Origin: a virus
DNA length: 64,000 nucleotides
IMG/VR virus record: IMGVR_UViG_3300042090_000890
Span: 1-64,000 of that record
Reading direction: 5' to 3' (one strand)
Shown here: piece after piece, positions 45,562 to 55,584 of the stretch
Layout of the letters: every line of letters starts with the position of its first letter
How positions within the stretch are numbered: the first letter of the stretch is position 1
Translations under genes and position numbers: made by a program
Notes under the pieces: generated by a model
What the model was told of the DNA's origin: nothing
The model's input: only the letters and a program-made list of their open reading frames with translations
The model's database searches: none

Positions 45562-47310
45562 TTGGTGGTCACTTTGGGTCTGAAGATTGACGGTATCGCG
45601 ACATCTGAACACATTGATTCGTCCGGTGAATTGCTCATCGTCGAGAATCATGACATCTCCGATCTTGTGTCGGGCAAAGGCGTCATGAATTGGGAGCACT
45701 CCAATAAGTCCGATGACACGATTGGAGCAATCATCTACGCCAAGAAAATTCTCAAGAAGACCGACTGCGAGAACGACCGCCAGCGAAAATACTGGAATAC
45801 CGTCAACAAGCCGTTCGTTTACATCATAGGCGAGCTGTACGATGACGAGGAACATTCAGGTGCGCTTGCCGTCGCCGCCATGATCCGGTACTACGCCAAG
45901 AAATCTGAGAATCTCCTGACAGGCTTCTCCATCGAAGGCGCCACGCTCGAACGGGATGATTATATCCTGAAAGAGTCTGTCGGTCGCCGGGTAGCCGTCA
46001 CCCTCCGCCCGTGCAATAAGACTGCAATCGCTGGGTTGCTGGAAGATCCAAAAACGAAAGATATCGCTAAGTCGATCGAGGCAATGATGGCCCGCGTCGA
46101 TGGCAGCCTCGTCGAAATCGACTCGGTCATCCTCGACGATATGTTCATGCCGAAGGACCCGATTCTCGACCTACATAAGGCCGTCGAAAGTCTCGCGAAG
46201 TCGATCGAAGCGGGCATGTACAATGTCACTCCGTCGCAGTTGATCGGCCAAGCCGCACTTACCCGCGAGCACATCAGCGGATTCCAGCGGAACCGTGTTA
46301 AAGCTGCCGTCCGCGATTGGGACCGCAAACGTCCTCTCAAGGAAGTTCTGAAGAGCGCTCTACCGGAAGTGTCTGACGATTACATCGGACATTTCGAGAA
46401 GTTGGCCGAAGAATTGGCACTCAAGAAAAACATGCCATCCACGAAATTAACTCGCGTTGGGGCTAGACATTCGCCAAATCAACATCAAAATGAAGACCAA
46501 CAGAAGTTGATCGAAGGCTTGTACTTCGACCCGAAGAGAAAGTTCGGCGGTAAAGATTTTGATCCTGGCCACACCGGCTATCAAACCGCGATCACGAAGC
46601 ATAAAAATGACGCAGGCGCGAACGTGTTGGTCAAACAGCCCACGGGCAAATGGGCAGAGAACGCCACTCATTACTACGAGAACGCTCGCGATGTTTTTGG
46701 AATGGGCAATCACGTACCGGTTACGAATTATTTCAAGCCGCCCAAAGGATCTCAGAAATGGGATATGACTACCGATACTACGGATCGTCAGCCTGAAGGC
46801 CTGCATCATCAAGCGATGGAACTTGTCGATAAAGCCAAATCGCCAATGACCATGAACGACAAAGACCTGGCTAAACCGTTGCAAAGAGCATATGATAACG
46901 GAGACTTGAACAAACTCATGATGATGGATCAGATTCTAGGCGGAGCGTCGGATAGACACCACGGAAACTATCTGATTCATCCTAAAGGCCACGTTATGAA
47001 CATCGACAACGATCAGGCTTTTTCTTACAATATACCGGCTCCGACACCGGCGTACATGTATCAGCACATCGATCAGCCGATACACCCGGAAGCGTCAAAA
47101 TGGATAAAAGGAATTGATCCAAAAGCGTTGATCGGGAAGATGGCGGACCAAGGTCGTTCACCGGAAGAAATAAAATCCGCCGCTATGATTCTTAAACTGC
47201 ATCAGAAATACGCCGACAAGCCTATGACAGGACGCCAACTGTGGGACACTATAGGCAATCATGCTACGGCAGTTCGTCGTGAAGAGCAGCGCAAGAAGAA
47301 GGTAGCATGA
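45562..47310 (+). CDS. prohead protease fused to an MCP-N-terminus-like segment and a PI3/PI4K-HipA-like kinase domain
   Basis: Protease: GIATSEHIDSSGE, NWEH, GFSIEG, VAVTLRPCN; kinase: VLVK, DRHHGN, NIDN. Confidence 0.8.
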   Translation: MVVTLGLKIDGIATSEHIDSSGELLIVENHDISDLVSGKGVMNWEHSNKSDDTIGAIIYAKKILKKTDCENDRQRKYWNTVNKPFVYIIGELYDDEEHSGALAVAAMIRYYAKKSENLLTGFSIEGATLERDDYILKESVGRRVAVTLRPCNKTAIAGLLEDPKTKDIAKSIEAMMARVDGSLVEIDSVILDDMFMPKDPILDLHKAVESLAKSIEAGMYNVTPSQLIGQAALTREHISGFQRNRVKAAVRDWDRKRPLKEVLKSALPEVSDDYIGHFEKLAEELALKKNMPSTKLTRVGARHSPNQHQNEDQQKLIEGLYFDPKRKFGGKDFDPGHTGYQTAITKHKNDAGANVLVKQPTGKWAENATHYYENARDVFGMGNHVPVTNYFKPPKGSQKWDMTTDTTDRQPEGLHHQAMELVDKAKSPMTMNDKDLAKPLQRAYDNGDLNKLMMMDQILGGASDRHHGNYLIHPKGHVMNIDNDQAFSYNIPAPTPAYMYQHIDQPIHPEASKWIKGIDPKALIGKMADQGRSPEEIKSAAMILKLHQKYADKPMTGRQLWDTIGNHATAVRREEQRKKKVA

Positions 47311-47912
47311 AAGTCTACGTAATCAAATCAGATCATTCCGAAGTGCCGTTAGCCGAAGTCCGCACGGACGGCGATACGGCCCACTTCGTAGTCGACAATA
47401 CAAACGGAAAACTGCCCCAGATGGTCCAGAGCAGTCTGCCAAAATTACGTGCGATTTGCGACAATTCTTCGCATATGCACATGGAAGAGCCGAAAACAGC
47501 GACCGTCAATCTTCTGCGGTACGTTATGGACAACGGTGATGTGGTCGAGATTACGTCGGACGGCCATACCGTCATGCTCAACGGACACCTCCTGCCGCAA
47601 GAAGAGAAGGATGCGTTGTTCAACGCCTTTACGCGTGGCGAAATCAAAGTCGCTCGTAAGACCGATGTACAGCAGGCATTGCCGGTCCTCCCGTCGAATC
47701 CGCCGTCGGAGTACGCTAAGCCGCAGAGCAAGATGAATCCGACAGTGCTTGGCATGATAGAAGATGACCAAGACAAAAAAGATACCGCCCGTGAGATGGC
47801 CACTCGCGACTATGATCCGGCCATTGACGATGCCGAGCTGTCTGATGTAGAAGATGCTGATTGGACGAAAGAATTGATGCGCTGGCTCAAATACGGTGAC
47901 AAAAATGAATGA
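47307..47912 (+). CDS. hypothetical head-module protein
   Basis: ATGA overlap. Confidence 0.65.
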   Translation: MKVYVIKSDHSEVPLAEVRTDGDTAHFVVDNTNGKLPQMVQSSLPKLRAICDNSSHMHMEEPKTATVNLLRYVMDNGDVVEITSDGHTVMLNGHLLPQEEKDALFNAFTRGEIKVARKTDVQQALPVLPSNPPSEYAKPQSKMNPTVLGMIEDDQDKKDTAREMATRDYDPAIDDAELSDVEDADWTKELMRWLKYGDKNE

Positions 47913-50900
47913 CGAAAAGAAATTAGCACCAGACGTACCGGCTGACACACTCCACGCTCACGTGGAGCGCCATATGGCATTACCGGAAGAGTCTCAGTCA
48001 GACAATGACAACGAAGACTTCGCGGCTGAAGTCGCCTCGCATCCGAACCTTGCGCCGCATTCCATTGAGAAGCTGTACAACCACGTGATGAAGCCTGTAT
48101 CTGCCAATTCTACGACGGCGGCCACTGGCGAAGCAGAGCCGATGTCGAATGTGATCGTCGGTAATCTGCTTAGAAATCCTAACGCACCGCAGAATATCAA
48201 ACAGGACTTTGCGCTCAAGACGTTTCATCCCGACAATCCGTCGTCCGATCTGCACGAAGAGTTGGCTGATTCCGGCATTCTGAACGAACAGCAATTGAAA
48301 GGCATGTCCGAGCAGGTTTTGAAAGCTGGCAAAGAGCCACACGCATACAAGCACCTTGGCCCGAATTACTACATGAAGTATTTTCGAGGCCGGTCGCAGC
48401 AGGACCCCAACGAACTCGACGAGGACGGGAAGGAACAGCATTCTCGCGAGATGGAGCTGGGAGAAAAAGGGTTAGTTAACTCGTCTAGGCACACGCCGGA
48501 GACATTGGATCAGACGATCGACGCGTTTTCGGCTTCGAAACATGACCCGCACGGCCTTATCGAAAAATTGGTTAACAATAGAGAAGACTTGTCTAAAGAC
48601 CAATTGAATAAGATCCATCAATGGTATGATTCCAACAAAAATGAAAAGAGCAACGCCTACAACGACGACTATTATCATAGGCAGCGCATCGATAGCTTGC
48701 TAGAGCATAAGAATGTCGATCCAGCGTTGCTTGCCAAATATGCTGTAGGCAAACGGGTCAGCACAGAAGCTCTCAAAAATCCACGCCTGCCGCAGGAATC
48801 GATCAACGGTATCATAAAACGTATAAAAGATCCCAACGAATGGGACACTCGGAACAGGGTAGAAAGTCTTCTCGAAAATCCGTCTATATCGAAAGACCAG
48901 GTTCGCGCATTGATTCAGAAGGGTTCCAATAAAGCCATCAAGCATCCTCTGGCCGACGAAGCCGCTGTCCGCGACTATTGGCAGAAAGGTTCAAAGGACC
49001 TAGACTCATCCCGCGATATCTTGCAAGCGAAGAATTTACCGCCAGACGTGTTAAAAGAGCTTGTCAATCACAAGAATCAGGAAGTCGCCGTCAAAGCTCT
49101 CAACCATCCCAGAGCGGACATGGACGTGGTCAACGAAGGTCTCAAACGCCGGGCAAAGACCGTACAGGATGCCGCACGGCTACATCCGCTTGTAGCCGAG
49201 CAACAGGTCAAAGAAGGTTTGAAATCGGGCGCGACATCTCTCGCGAACGTGTACACAGATCCGAAATTCGAAGCGCAGTTCGACAAGCTCCCGAAGGTGG
49301 ACCAGGAAGCGATCTTCAATAAGGCACACGAGAAGTACCAAGGTACCAACCTCGCCGAGTTGGCCAAGAAGACCAAGGAACGTTCTGAAAACGTCATCAA
49401 CAGCAAGATGAACCTGGCCATGGACGAGCGCGTCCCGGCAGCCATCCGCGAAGCGCATGGTAAAGACATTGCCAATATGTTCGAGGATCAGGTCCCGAAG
49501 AATCAGATGCTGGTCCAACGCACGACCGACGTGATGAGCAAAAATCACCCGGACGACAATTCTCGTCTGGTGACGGCCATTTCACATCTTGCGATCAACG
49601 GCAACAAAGATGCCCAGAGAGCGATTCTCAATAATCCTGGCTATCTCTCGGAAGTTCAATCCAATCTGGACTTGAAAGACGCCGAACCAGATTTCCTGGA
49701 AAGCGTATATCGCAAAAGACAGGAGAATCAGGCCAATAACGTACAACTGTACGATCGCGTCGGACACCCGGAATTGTTCGATAAATCCGGCCACACGCTC
49801 AGACGTGTTTTCGAAGCTCCCAACTTGCCGTCTAATGTGTTCGACGAGATTGCTCGGAACGGACAACAGATGGACCAGATCGGTGCCGGAGACTATTTCA
49901 AAAGATACAATGATCTGCCTGAAGACCAACAGAATCAGAAATACGAGCACATTCTAAATTCCGGTTCGCAAAAGGCAGCCATTTCAGTCGTCCGCGCTAA
50001 AGCGCCTCCGGCATCTTGGGACCGTGCATTCAACATGCTGACCCCAGACAATAAGCAACGTCTGATCAAAGACGAAGTCGATCACGTGAAAAGTCATAGG
50101 CCGGACGTTTTCCACAATGCCGTGCTGGGCATGTACAATGATCCGGCAGACGCAGATCGTCCTGGCATGAGCAGATACGAGAGCTATCAAGCGAAAGCCG
50201 TTAGCAAATTAGATCCGGAATCGCCGAATGACCGCTCGGTACTTGAACAGCTGATCTCAATCCCAGAGGCTCAGCCAGGGCATATGCCAGACGAAGGATT
50301 GCTGGATAATATCCCAGAGAAAATGTACAGCAAGCCCGGTGACGATTCTCTGATTGACCATGCAGCAGCTTCCGGTAAAGGTCCTCTGGCATACAATATG
50401 CTTGCCCGGAAGATGAACACTCTCAGTCGTGAGGCGTACGTCGGCAGTTACGAATCGGAAGATAAGAAAGCAGCAGCCAGACAGAAAGCTGAAGACCTTG
50501 TTACTTACTTGCACGGACGTGTTGCGTCGATGCCATCTTTCAGCGACGCGGATACAGATAATCCGACCGCCGAGAATTGGTACTCACTGATGACTCGTCA
50601 GAAGCAAGGGTACCACGACGATCGGTTCATGGGAGCTTTGAAAAAAGCAGGTGCGAACCTCGATTTCTTGGCCGACATGCCCGGCAAGGACGGCGAACTC
50701 GTAAAACGCCAGGCGCTCACGGACAACCTTCTGTCTACGCAGAAGCTGCAAGAAATGTCGCAGGCCAATTCTGTGAAAGATATTCTGGCCATCGGCAGTC
50801 CAAAGTTACGTCAGCAATCTTTGGATTCTTGGGTCGTCCAAGGAAATCATACGCCCGAAGATTTAGAACACCTTGCCAACAAAGTTGACGCATCGGTGCT

Positions 50901-53900
50901 CAATCCGGAGTCGTTCGAACACGGTCGCCGTAAGTCCATGGGCGAAGAGGCTGTCAACGTATTTAATTCCCGCATCAACAACTTGATAGACTTGTACAGG
51001 ACAAAGAGTCCAGACAGTCTCACGCATGTGATCAACAATGCTCTGCAAGTCAGCCGCTCTGACGACGATCTCACCCAAGAAGATGGCCGCCGCATCGTAA
51101 AAAATATCTTGAATCACGTCAACGGCGCAGCATACGGTTCGCCGGAAGAGAAAGCGTCCACGCTCCTGAGCACGTACATGGCTCTCAAAAAACGAGAGAT
51201 GGCGCCCGCCAATATGGGCAAGCAAATAGAGCGTGCTGCCGTAGAAGGTAAAGACTACGACACGATGATTAAGCTGTCGGATCACAAGATGCTTTCCGAA
51301 GAGGGCATAAGCTCTTTGATGAAAGCCGCCGCGCAGCCACAGACGCTCAATTCGCGCCAGATCGCAGGCGTATCCTCGATGCTCACTTCGAATACTCCGC
51401 CTAGCGCTGTACTTGACACCGCCAAGGCCTTCGAGAACAAAACGGCGCAGGAAGTGGCCGAAGGTAAACGCCCTTCGCCCGCCGACCGAACGAAGTTGAT
51501 GAGGAATCTGTTCGGCACGTTCAGCCCCAGTGAGTCCGGCCCGGAAGAAGTTCAGAAGAACGAGTTTTTAGTCAACTACATGAAAAAACAAGCGCTGGAC
51601 CCGGCAGTCTCCAGATACGCCAATACGCATTTGGCAAACATGTCTGTGCAGTTGGCAGAAGCTGGCGACGAAGATCAAGGCATCAGTCTATGGGAACAAT
51701 TGCCGAATCAGTTGACAGATTTCGACGGCAACTATCCTGACATACAAGGTGCTATCCCGTCAAAAATGCTCAACGACCCTCGTTTCATTGAGGCCTGCGG
51801 ATCGGGATGGAAACTTTCGTCCCTGGCCATAAACGCCGATAGGCTCACAGGTGCGAATGCCTCTACCCTCACGAATCGTGCGTTGGCCGCCGAGCCATAC
51901 ACTGTTGACCACCAGCAGTTGTTCCGAAATTTTGAAAATAACGAGTTCGTGGCACCAGAAGATTCTGTCAAGTTGGCGCGCAGCATGCCCGATGACAAGT
52001 TCAATTCTCTCACTCGCGAGCTTGGCCAGTCCATGGCAGGCAATCTGATATATGCTGCCCATGCCAGGATTAGAGATGTCGACGCGCTTGTAAAAGATCC
52101 GAATCTGGCTGCCCCGAACGCGCCGTTTATGGGAGCTGAACACCGCAACAAGATTCTGACAAATCTTGATGCATATGCCACTGCCATCAAAAACGCTGAT
52201 GTTGAAGAAGAAACGCCGAATTTGAAGGACAAACTTGGCAAAGTGTCCGAAATGATTGGTACGATCCACGGCCACTTGAAGACGATCGCCAATCATATGC
52301 GTTTGCAGGCGCCAGACCAGGTAGACAATATTGAATTTGCTAGGGATCACGCCGCGATGCTGACTACGCTCAGTAAAATCGCTACCACTAATCTGCAATT
52401 AGACCGCGACGATGCACTCAAAGTTATGGATATGGTAAAAGAATACCACTCTGTTCAGCAGGCAGCCGGTAAAGAACCTATGCCAGAGAAGACGTATCCT
52501 GCCACAAAGGGCCTCGTCGCCCGCGCCGAAAATTTCGAGGAGCAGGATTGGCGGGAAATGTTCAAGGCCGACCCACACGCAATTTACGCGCTGAGCGACC
52601 GAGCCACTATCCCTACTGAAGCCTTGAACGCCGCCGAGATCACCAAGATCGAAAAGTCTCGCAACAAAGACGAGAATCGAGCCAAGACCTTGTTCGTTAA
52701 GACGTCCAAGGATTGGTTCTCGAAGATGTCGAAGGAAGACGTTGCTCACCACGGCAAGGATCTTCTGCATCTGTACATCAAGCTGAAAAATGCCGATGAA
52801 ATCTTCCATAACGATTACACGTATGCGATGGAAGAGGGCATGAAGTACATGGGCGACAGTATGTCGCACAAGGAACTAACCGATCTTCTACAAGAGTCCG
52901 GCGCTTCTGACTTGCGAAACTCGTTGTTCAAGACTGCCGTCGAAAACGGTGTGGGCGGCGTAGAAAGTTTGAAAGCGTACGCCAAAGAATTCCACGACCA
53001 GATATTCTCAGGTCATTCAGATATACATGACATGGAAGCGTCGAATTTGAAGATGAAGTTAGAGCCAATCACAGCATCGCCGTACATAGATGAGGATCTC
53101 GCAGGACAAGTGTTCGATATGTACGATAGGAATAAGGGCGCCATGCACGCAGCCGCAGTTGACCTATTGGCTAATACATCAACTCCAGCGAAATCCGTGA
53201 AAAAGTTCACCGACACATTACTCCAAAATCATAAAGACGGATACAAGGACATTAATAAGAGAGCCTCTGCGAATCTGGCAAGTCAGATTATGCAGCATCC
53301 GAATGTGTCCGAGGAAGACCTTGGCGAACTTTTCGCTCTCAGCAACGAGCAGTTCCCGAAATACTTCGCTCCGTCTGGGAAGTTCAACCCGGCGCTAACG
53401 AATCCGACGTACGGCGGCAAGCTGTTCCGAGCCATGCCATTGGCTCTTCCGGAATCTCAAAAGATGGGTCCGAAAGGTGAAGGCGGTACGGTAGATGAAG
53501 GAAAGTGCCTCCGGGACATTAACTTGCAGCACAAGGATTACGAGCGCATGAAGTCGACCATGGCCATGATACCTGCCGAGGGTATGGCCTGGGCCGAGTT
53601 CAAGCGCAAGTTCCCGGCAGAAGAAAAATCTCTGCCGCCTTCCGTCAAAGCTGTGTTCACGTCAGCTCAGAACAAACCGGTCATGCCTGAGCAATTCGCG
53701 CAAGCTATGCGTTCGCTGGATGATAATTCCAAGAAGTACCACCTGACGTATTCGGAATGGGGATCTGGCCTGCAGCGTCATAACCCTCCTGGCCGCCCGA
53801 ACTTGGTTGTTCAAGTAAACAATTCCGAGGCTTCCGAGAAGGAACTTTCGCAGGACCCTAAACTTTGGTCGTTGTACCAGCATCTACTCCAACAAACGAA

Positions 53901-54498
53901 CGGCATTTCGAATGGTTCGATCGGCATGCATCCGACTACCCCGCACATGGTTTCCTGGTCGCGCGTCGACACTGATCAGCAGACGAAAGGTAAGAACGCA
54001 TGGGCGATCGAAGAGTACCAATCTGACTTTGCTCAGAAGTTCCGCCGCAACTTGAAAGCTCTGGCCAGCAAGTTCCCGTCCGGAACGAAGCTGAGCGGCC
54101 AGCATGTAACCGCCGAGGACATGAAAAAGTACGCGAAGACGATCGACAATCACCTTTCGGACTGGACGGAAGCATCCATGCAGGCGGTGATCGACAACGC
54201 GAAGGCGCAAGGCGTCACGCATTTGTACATGCACGGTGCCGAGATGCGCGGGTACATGTCGAACGGCGGGCGCTACAGCCGCGAGTTCTGGGATAATCCG
54301 AACACCAAACCGTTCACGGTTGGGTTCCGGAAGATTTACGGCGAAAATCCTGCAAAATTTGGCTTCAAGGAATGCGACTATACGGATTACCCGAAGCATA
54401 ACAAGGACATGCTCAACAATTTGAAGAAAAACAAGCTGTCCACGAAGTGCTGGGTTCTTGAGCTGCAGCCTCCGGCGCCCAAGAAGAAAAAAGCCTAA
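47896..54498 (+). CDS. giant (2200 aa) helical-repeat protein, probable internal head/ejection protein
   Basis: Many [NH]P-x-x-P helical repeats; distinct C-terminal alpha/beta domain; head-module position. Confidence 0.7.
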   Translation: MTKMNDEKKLAPDVPADTLHAHVERHMALPEESQSDNDNEDFAAEVASHPNLAPHSIEKLYNHVMKPVSANSTTAATGEAEPMSNVIVGNLLRNPNAPQNIKQDFALKTFHPDNPSSDLHEELADSGILNEQQLKGMSEQVLKAGKEPHAYKHLGPNYYMKYFRGRSQQDPNELDEDGKEQHSREMELGEKGLVNSSRHTPETLDQTIDAFSASKHDPHGLIEKLVNNREDLSKDQLNKIHQWYDSNKNEKSNAYNDDYYHRQRIDSLLEHKNVDPALLAKYAVGKRVSTEALKNPRLPQESINGIIKRIKDPNEWDTRNRVESLLENPSISKDQVRALIQKGSNKAIKHPLADEAAVRDYWQKGSKDLDSSRDILQAKNLPPDVLKELVNHKNQEVAVKALNHPRADMDVVNEGLKRRAKTVQDAARLHPLVAEQQVKEGLKSGATSLANVYTDPKFEAQFDKLPKVDQEAIFNKAHEKYQGTNLAELAKKTKERSENVINSKMNLAMDERVPAAIREAHGKDIANMFEDQVPKNQMLVQRTTDVMSKNHPDDNSRLVTAISHLAINGNKDAQRAILNNPGYLSEVQSNLDLKDAEPDFLESVYRKRQENQANNVQLYDRVGHPELFDKSGHTLRRVFEAPNLPSNVFDEIARNGQQMDQIGAGDYFKRYNDLPEDQQNQKYEHILNSGSQKAAISVVRAKAPPASWDRAFNMLTPDNKQRLIKDEVDHVKSHRPDVFHNAVLGMYNDPADADRPGMSRYESYQAKAVSKLDPESPNDRSVLEQLISIPEAQPGHMPDEGLLDNIPEKMYSKPGDDSLIDHAAASGKGPLAYNMLARKMNTLSREAYVGSYESEDKKAAARQKAEDLVTYLHGRVASMPSFSDADTDNPTAENWYSLMTRQKQGYHDDRFMGALKKAGANLDFLADMPGKDGELVKRQALTDNLLSTQKLQEMSQANSVKDILAIGSPKLRQQSLDSWVVQGNHTPEDLEHLANKVDASVLNPESFEHGRRKSMGEEAVNVFNSRINNLIDLYRTKSPDSLTHVINNALQVSRSDDDLTQEDGRRIVKNILNHVNGAAYGSPEEKASTLLSTYMALKKREMAPANMGKQIERAAVEGKDYDTMIKLSDHKMLSEEGISSLMKAAAQPQTLNSRQIAGVSSMLTSNTPPSAVLDTAKAFENKTAQEVAEGKRPSPADRTKLMRNLFGTFSPSESGPEEVQKNEFLVNYMKKQALDPAVSRYANTHLANMSVQLAEAGDEDQGISLWEQLPNQLTDFDGNYPDIQGAIPSKMLNDPRFIEACGSGWKLSSLAINADRLTGANASTLTNRALAAEPYTVDHQQLFRNFENNEFVAPEDSVKLARSMPDDKFNSLTRELGQSMAGNLIYAAHARIRDVDALVKDPNLAAPNAPFMGAEHRNKILTNLDAYATAIKNADVEEETPNLKDKLGKVSEMIGTIHGHLKTIANHMRLQAPDQVDNIEFARDHAAMLTTLSKIATTNLQLDRDDALKVMDMVKEYHSVQQAAGKEPMPEKTYPATKGLVARAENFEEQDWREMFKADPHAIYALSDRATIPTEALNAAEITKIEKSRNKDENRAKTLFVKTSKDWFSKMSKEDVAHHGKDLLHLYIKLKNADEIFHNDYTYAMEEGMKYMGDSMSHKELTDLLQESGASDLRNSLFKTAVENGVGGVESLKAYAKEFHDQIFSGHSDIHDMEASNLKMKLEPITASPYIDEDLAGQVFDMYDRNKGAMHAAAVDLLANTSTPAKSVKKFTDTLLQNHKDGYKDINKRASANLASQIMQHPNVSEEDLGELFALSNEQFPKYFAPSGKFNPALTNPTYGGKLFRAMPLALPESQKMGPKGEGGTVDEGKCLRDINLQHKDYERMKSTMAMIPAEGMAWAEFKRKFPAEEKSLPPSVKAVFTSAQNKPVMPEQFAQAMRSLDDNSKKYHLTYSEWGSGLQRHNPPGRPNLVVQVNNSEASEKELSQDPKLWSLYQHLLQQTNGISNGSIGMHPTTPHMVSWSRVDTDQQTKGKNAWAIEEYQSDFAQKFRRNLKALASKFPSGTKLSGQHVTAEDMKKYAKTIDNHLSDWTEASMQAVIDNAKAQGVTHLYMHGAEMRGYMSNGGRYSREFWDNPNTKPFTVGFRKIYGENPAKFGFKECDYTDYPKHNKDMLNNLKKNKLSTKCWVLELQPPAPKKKKA

Positions 54499-54509
54499 CC
54501 TTTCAGTCT

Positions 54510-54953
54510 ATGAATATAGATATCGATTCCTTTTCAGCCGAAGTGACCCAAGAACTGGCCATGTCGCCGCTGGAAAAGGCTCTCCCGCCAAAGCTAAGGT
54601 ATCGTTTTTACAAGTGGTTGAAGCAATATCGACATTTGCCAATGCAGCAAGCAAAACCGTCGATGGTCAACAAAACGATCCAGGCAGCTTTCGAGCACAT
54701 GTCGGCCATCAAAGAGTTGAAAAAGAACGAATGCATGGTATCTGCTTTCGAAAACGGCGCGATCCGAATGGACTTCGGCGAAGAAGTCGACCCGAAGATT
54801 AAGAAAGCCGCAATGCAGTGGGCCAAGAAAAAAGGGCTCAAGACGATCGAGGCTTCCATAGAAAAATCGGTCGCAGCTCCGTCATATGTGATCTGTGGAC
54901 TGTCAGAACCGCCTAAAGGCGTCTGCGTCGATTACATCAAATACTCTCTCTAA
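54510..54953 (+). CDS. hypothetical head-module protein
   Basis: Contains LEKA and IEKS motifs. Confidence 0.6.
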   Translation: MNIDIDSFSAEVTQELAMSPLEKALPPKLRYRFYKWLKQYRHLPMQQAKPSMVNKTIQAAFEHMSAIKELKKNECMVSAFENGAIRMDFGEEVDPKIKKAAMQWAKKKGLKTIEASIEKSVAAPSYVICGLSEPPKGVCVDYIKYSL

Positions 54954-55061
54954 AAATTTTTTAGTCAACCAAATCAATAAGTTAACCATTTTGGTCAACT
55001 ATTGGTACCTAATCGTATGGTCTGTAGAACGAACGTTCAATCCTTAATAGGAGGATAAGAT

Positions 55062-55553
55062 ATGAGTGCTTTCACCGCCCAGGCAAAAGTCAGAGAACTG
55101 ACGCAGCGACTTCAGTTGCTGATGCCGACTGCTACGATTACGCAGGCGCTTGACGCCAATGGTTATCCGGCAATCAACGTGGCCTACAACACGGCTGTTG
55201 CCCAGACCAAAGTTCTGCAAGATCCCGCCCAGTCCGCAACCGATCCGATGATCGGCGGCGTTCCCGGTCCGGCATATCGCGTGAACGGCCTCGGTCTTGC
55301 TCAGACTGCTTACAGCCCGCACGTCATCGAATTGCTGCAAGACAGCGATCAGACCGACGCGGACAGTCAGTCGTTGAAAGCTCGATTGCATCAAGCTCTC
55401 GGAAAGATGGGACTCAAGATTTTCATCAGTCAAGCTACGCAAGCTACGATTTTGGCGGCTCCAATCGCCTCTTTCGATGCTACTTTCGCAGCTGCGACTC
55501 CGTTGATCTCGATTCCGTCCGACGAAATCAATCCTCTTATCCAGAGTTCGTAA
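55062..55553 (+). CDS. probable virion structural protein
   Basis: AGGAGG RBS; Ala/Thr/Gln-rich; precedes scaffold and MCP. Confidence 0.6.
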   Translation: MSAFTAQAKVRELTQRLQLLMPTATITQALDANGYPAINVAYNTAVAQTKVLQDPAQSATDPMIGGVPGPAYRVNGLGLAQTAYSPHVIELLQDSDQTDADSQSLKARLHQALGKMGLKIFISQATQATILAAPIASFDATFAAATPLISIPSDEINPLIQSS

Positions 55554-55584
55554 TAGGGCTCTAACTAAGAAAGGGAATTGGAAC

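Noticed and set aside
46168-46275. Diversity-generating retroelement template/variable repeat pair with the MCP start
   Set aside because: Similarity is mainly at protein level without adenine-specific mismatches, and no reverse transcriptase is present in the window.
47896-54498. Virion RNA polymerase or tape measure protein
   Set aside because: No DxDxD polymerase motif in convincing context was recognised, and the head-module position and repeat type do not fit a tape measure.
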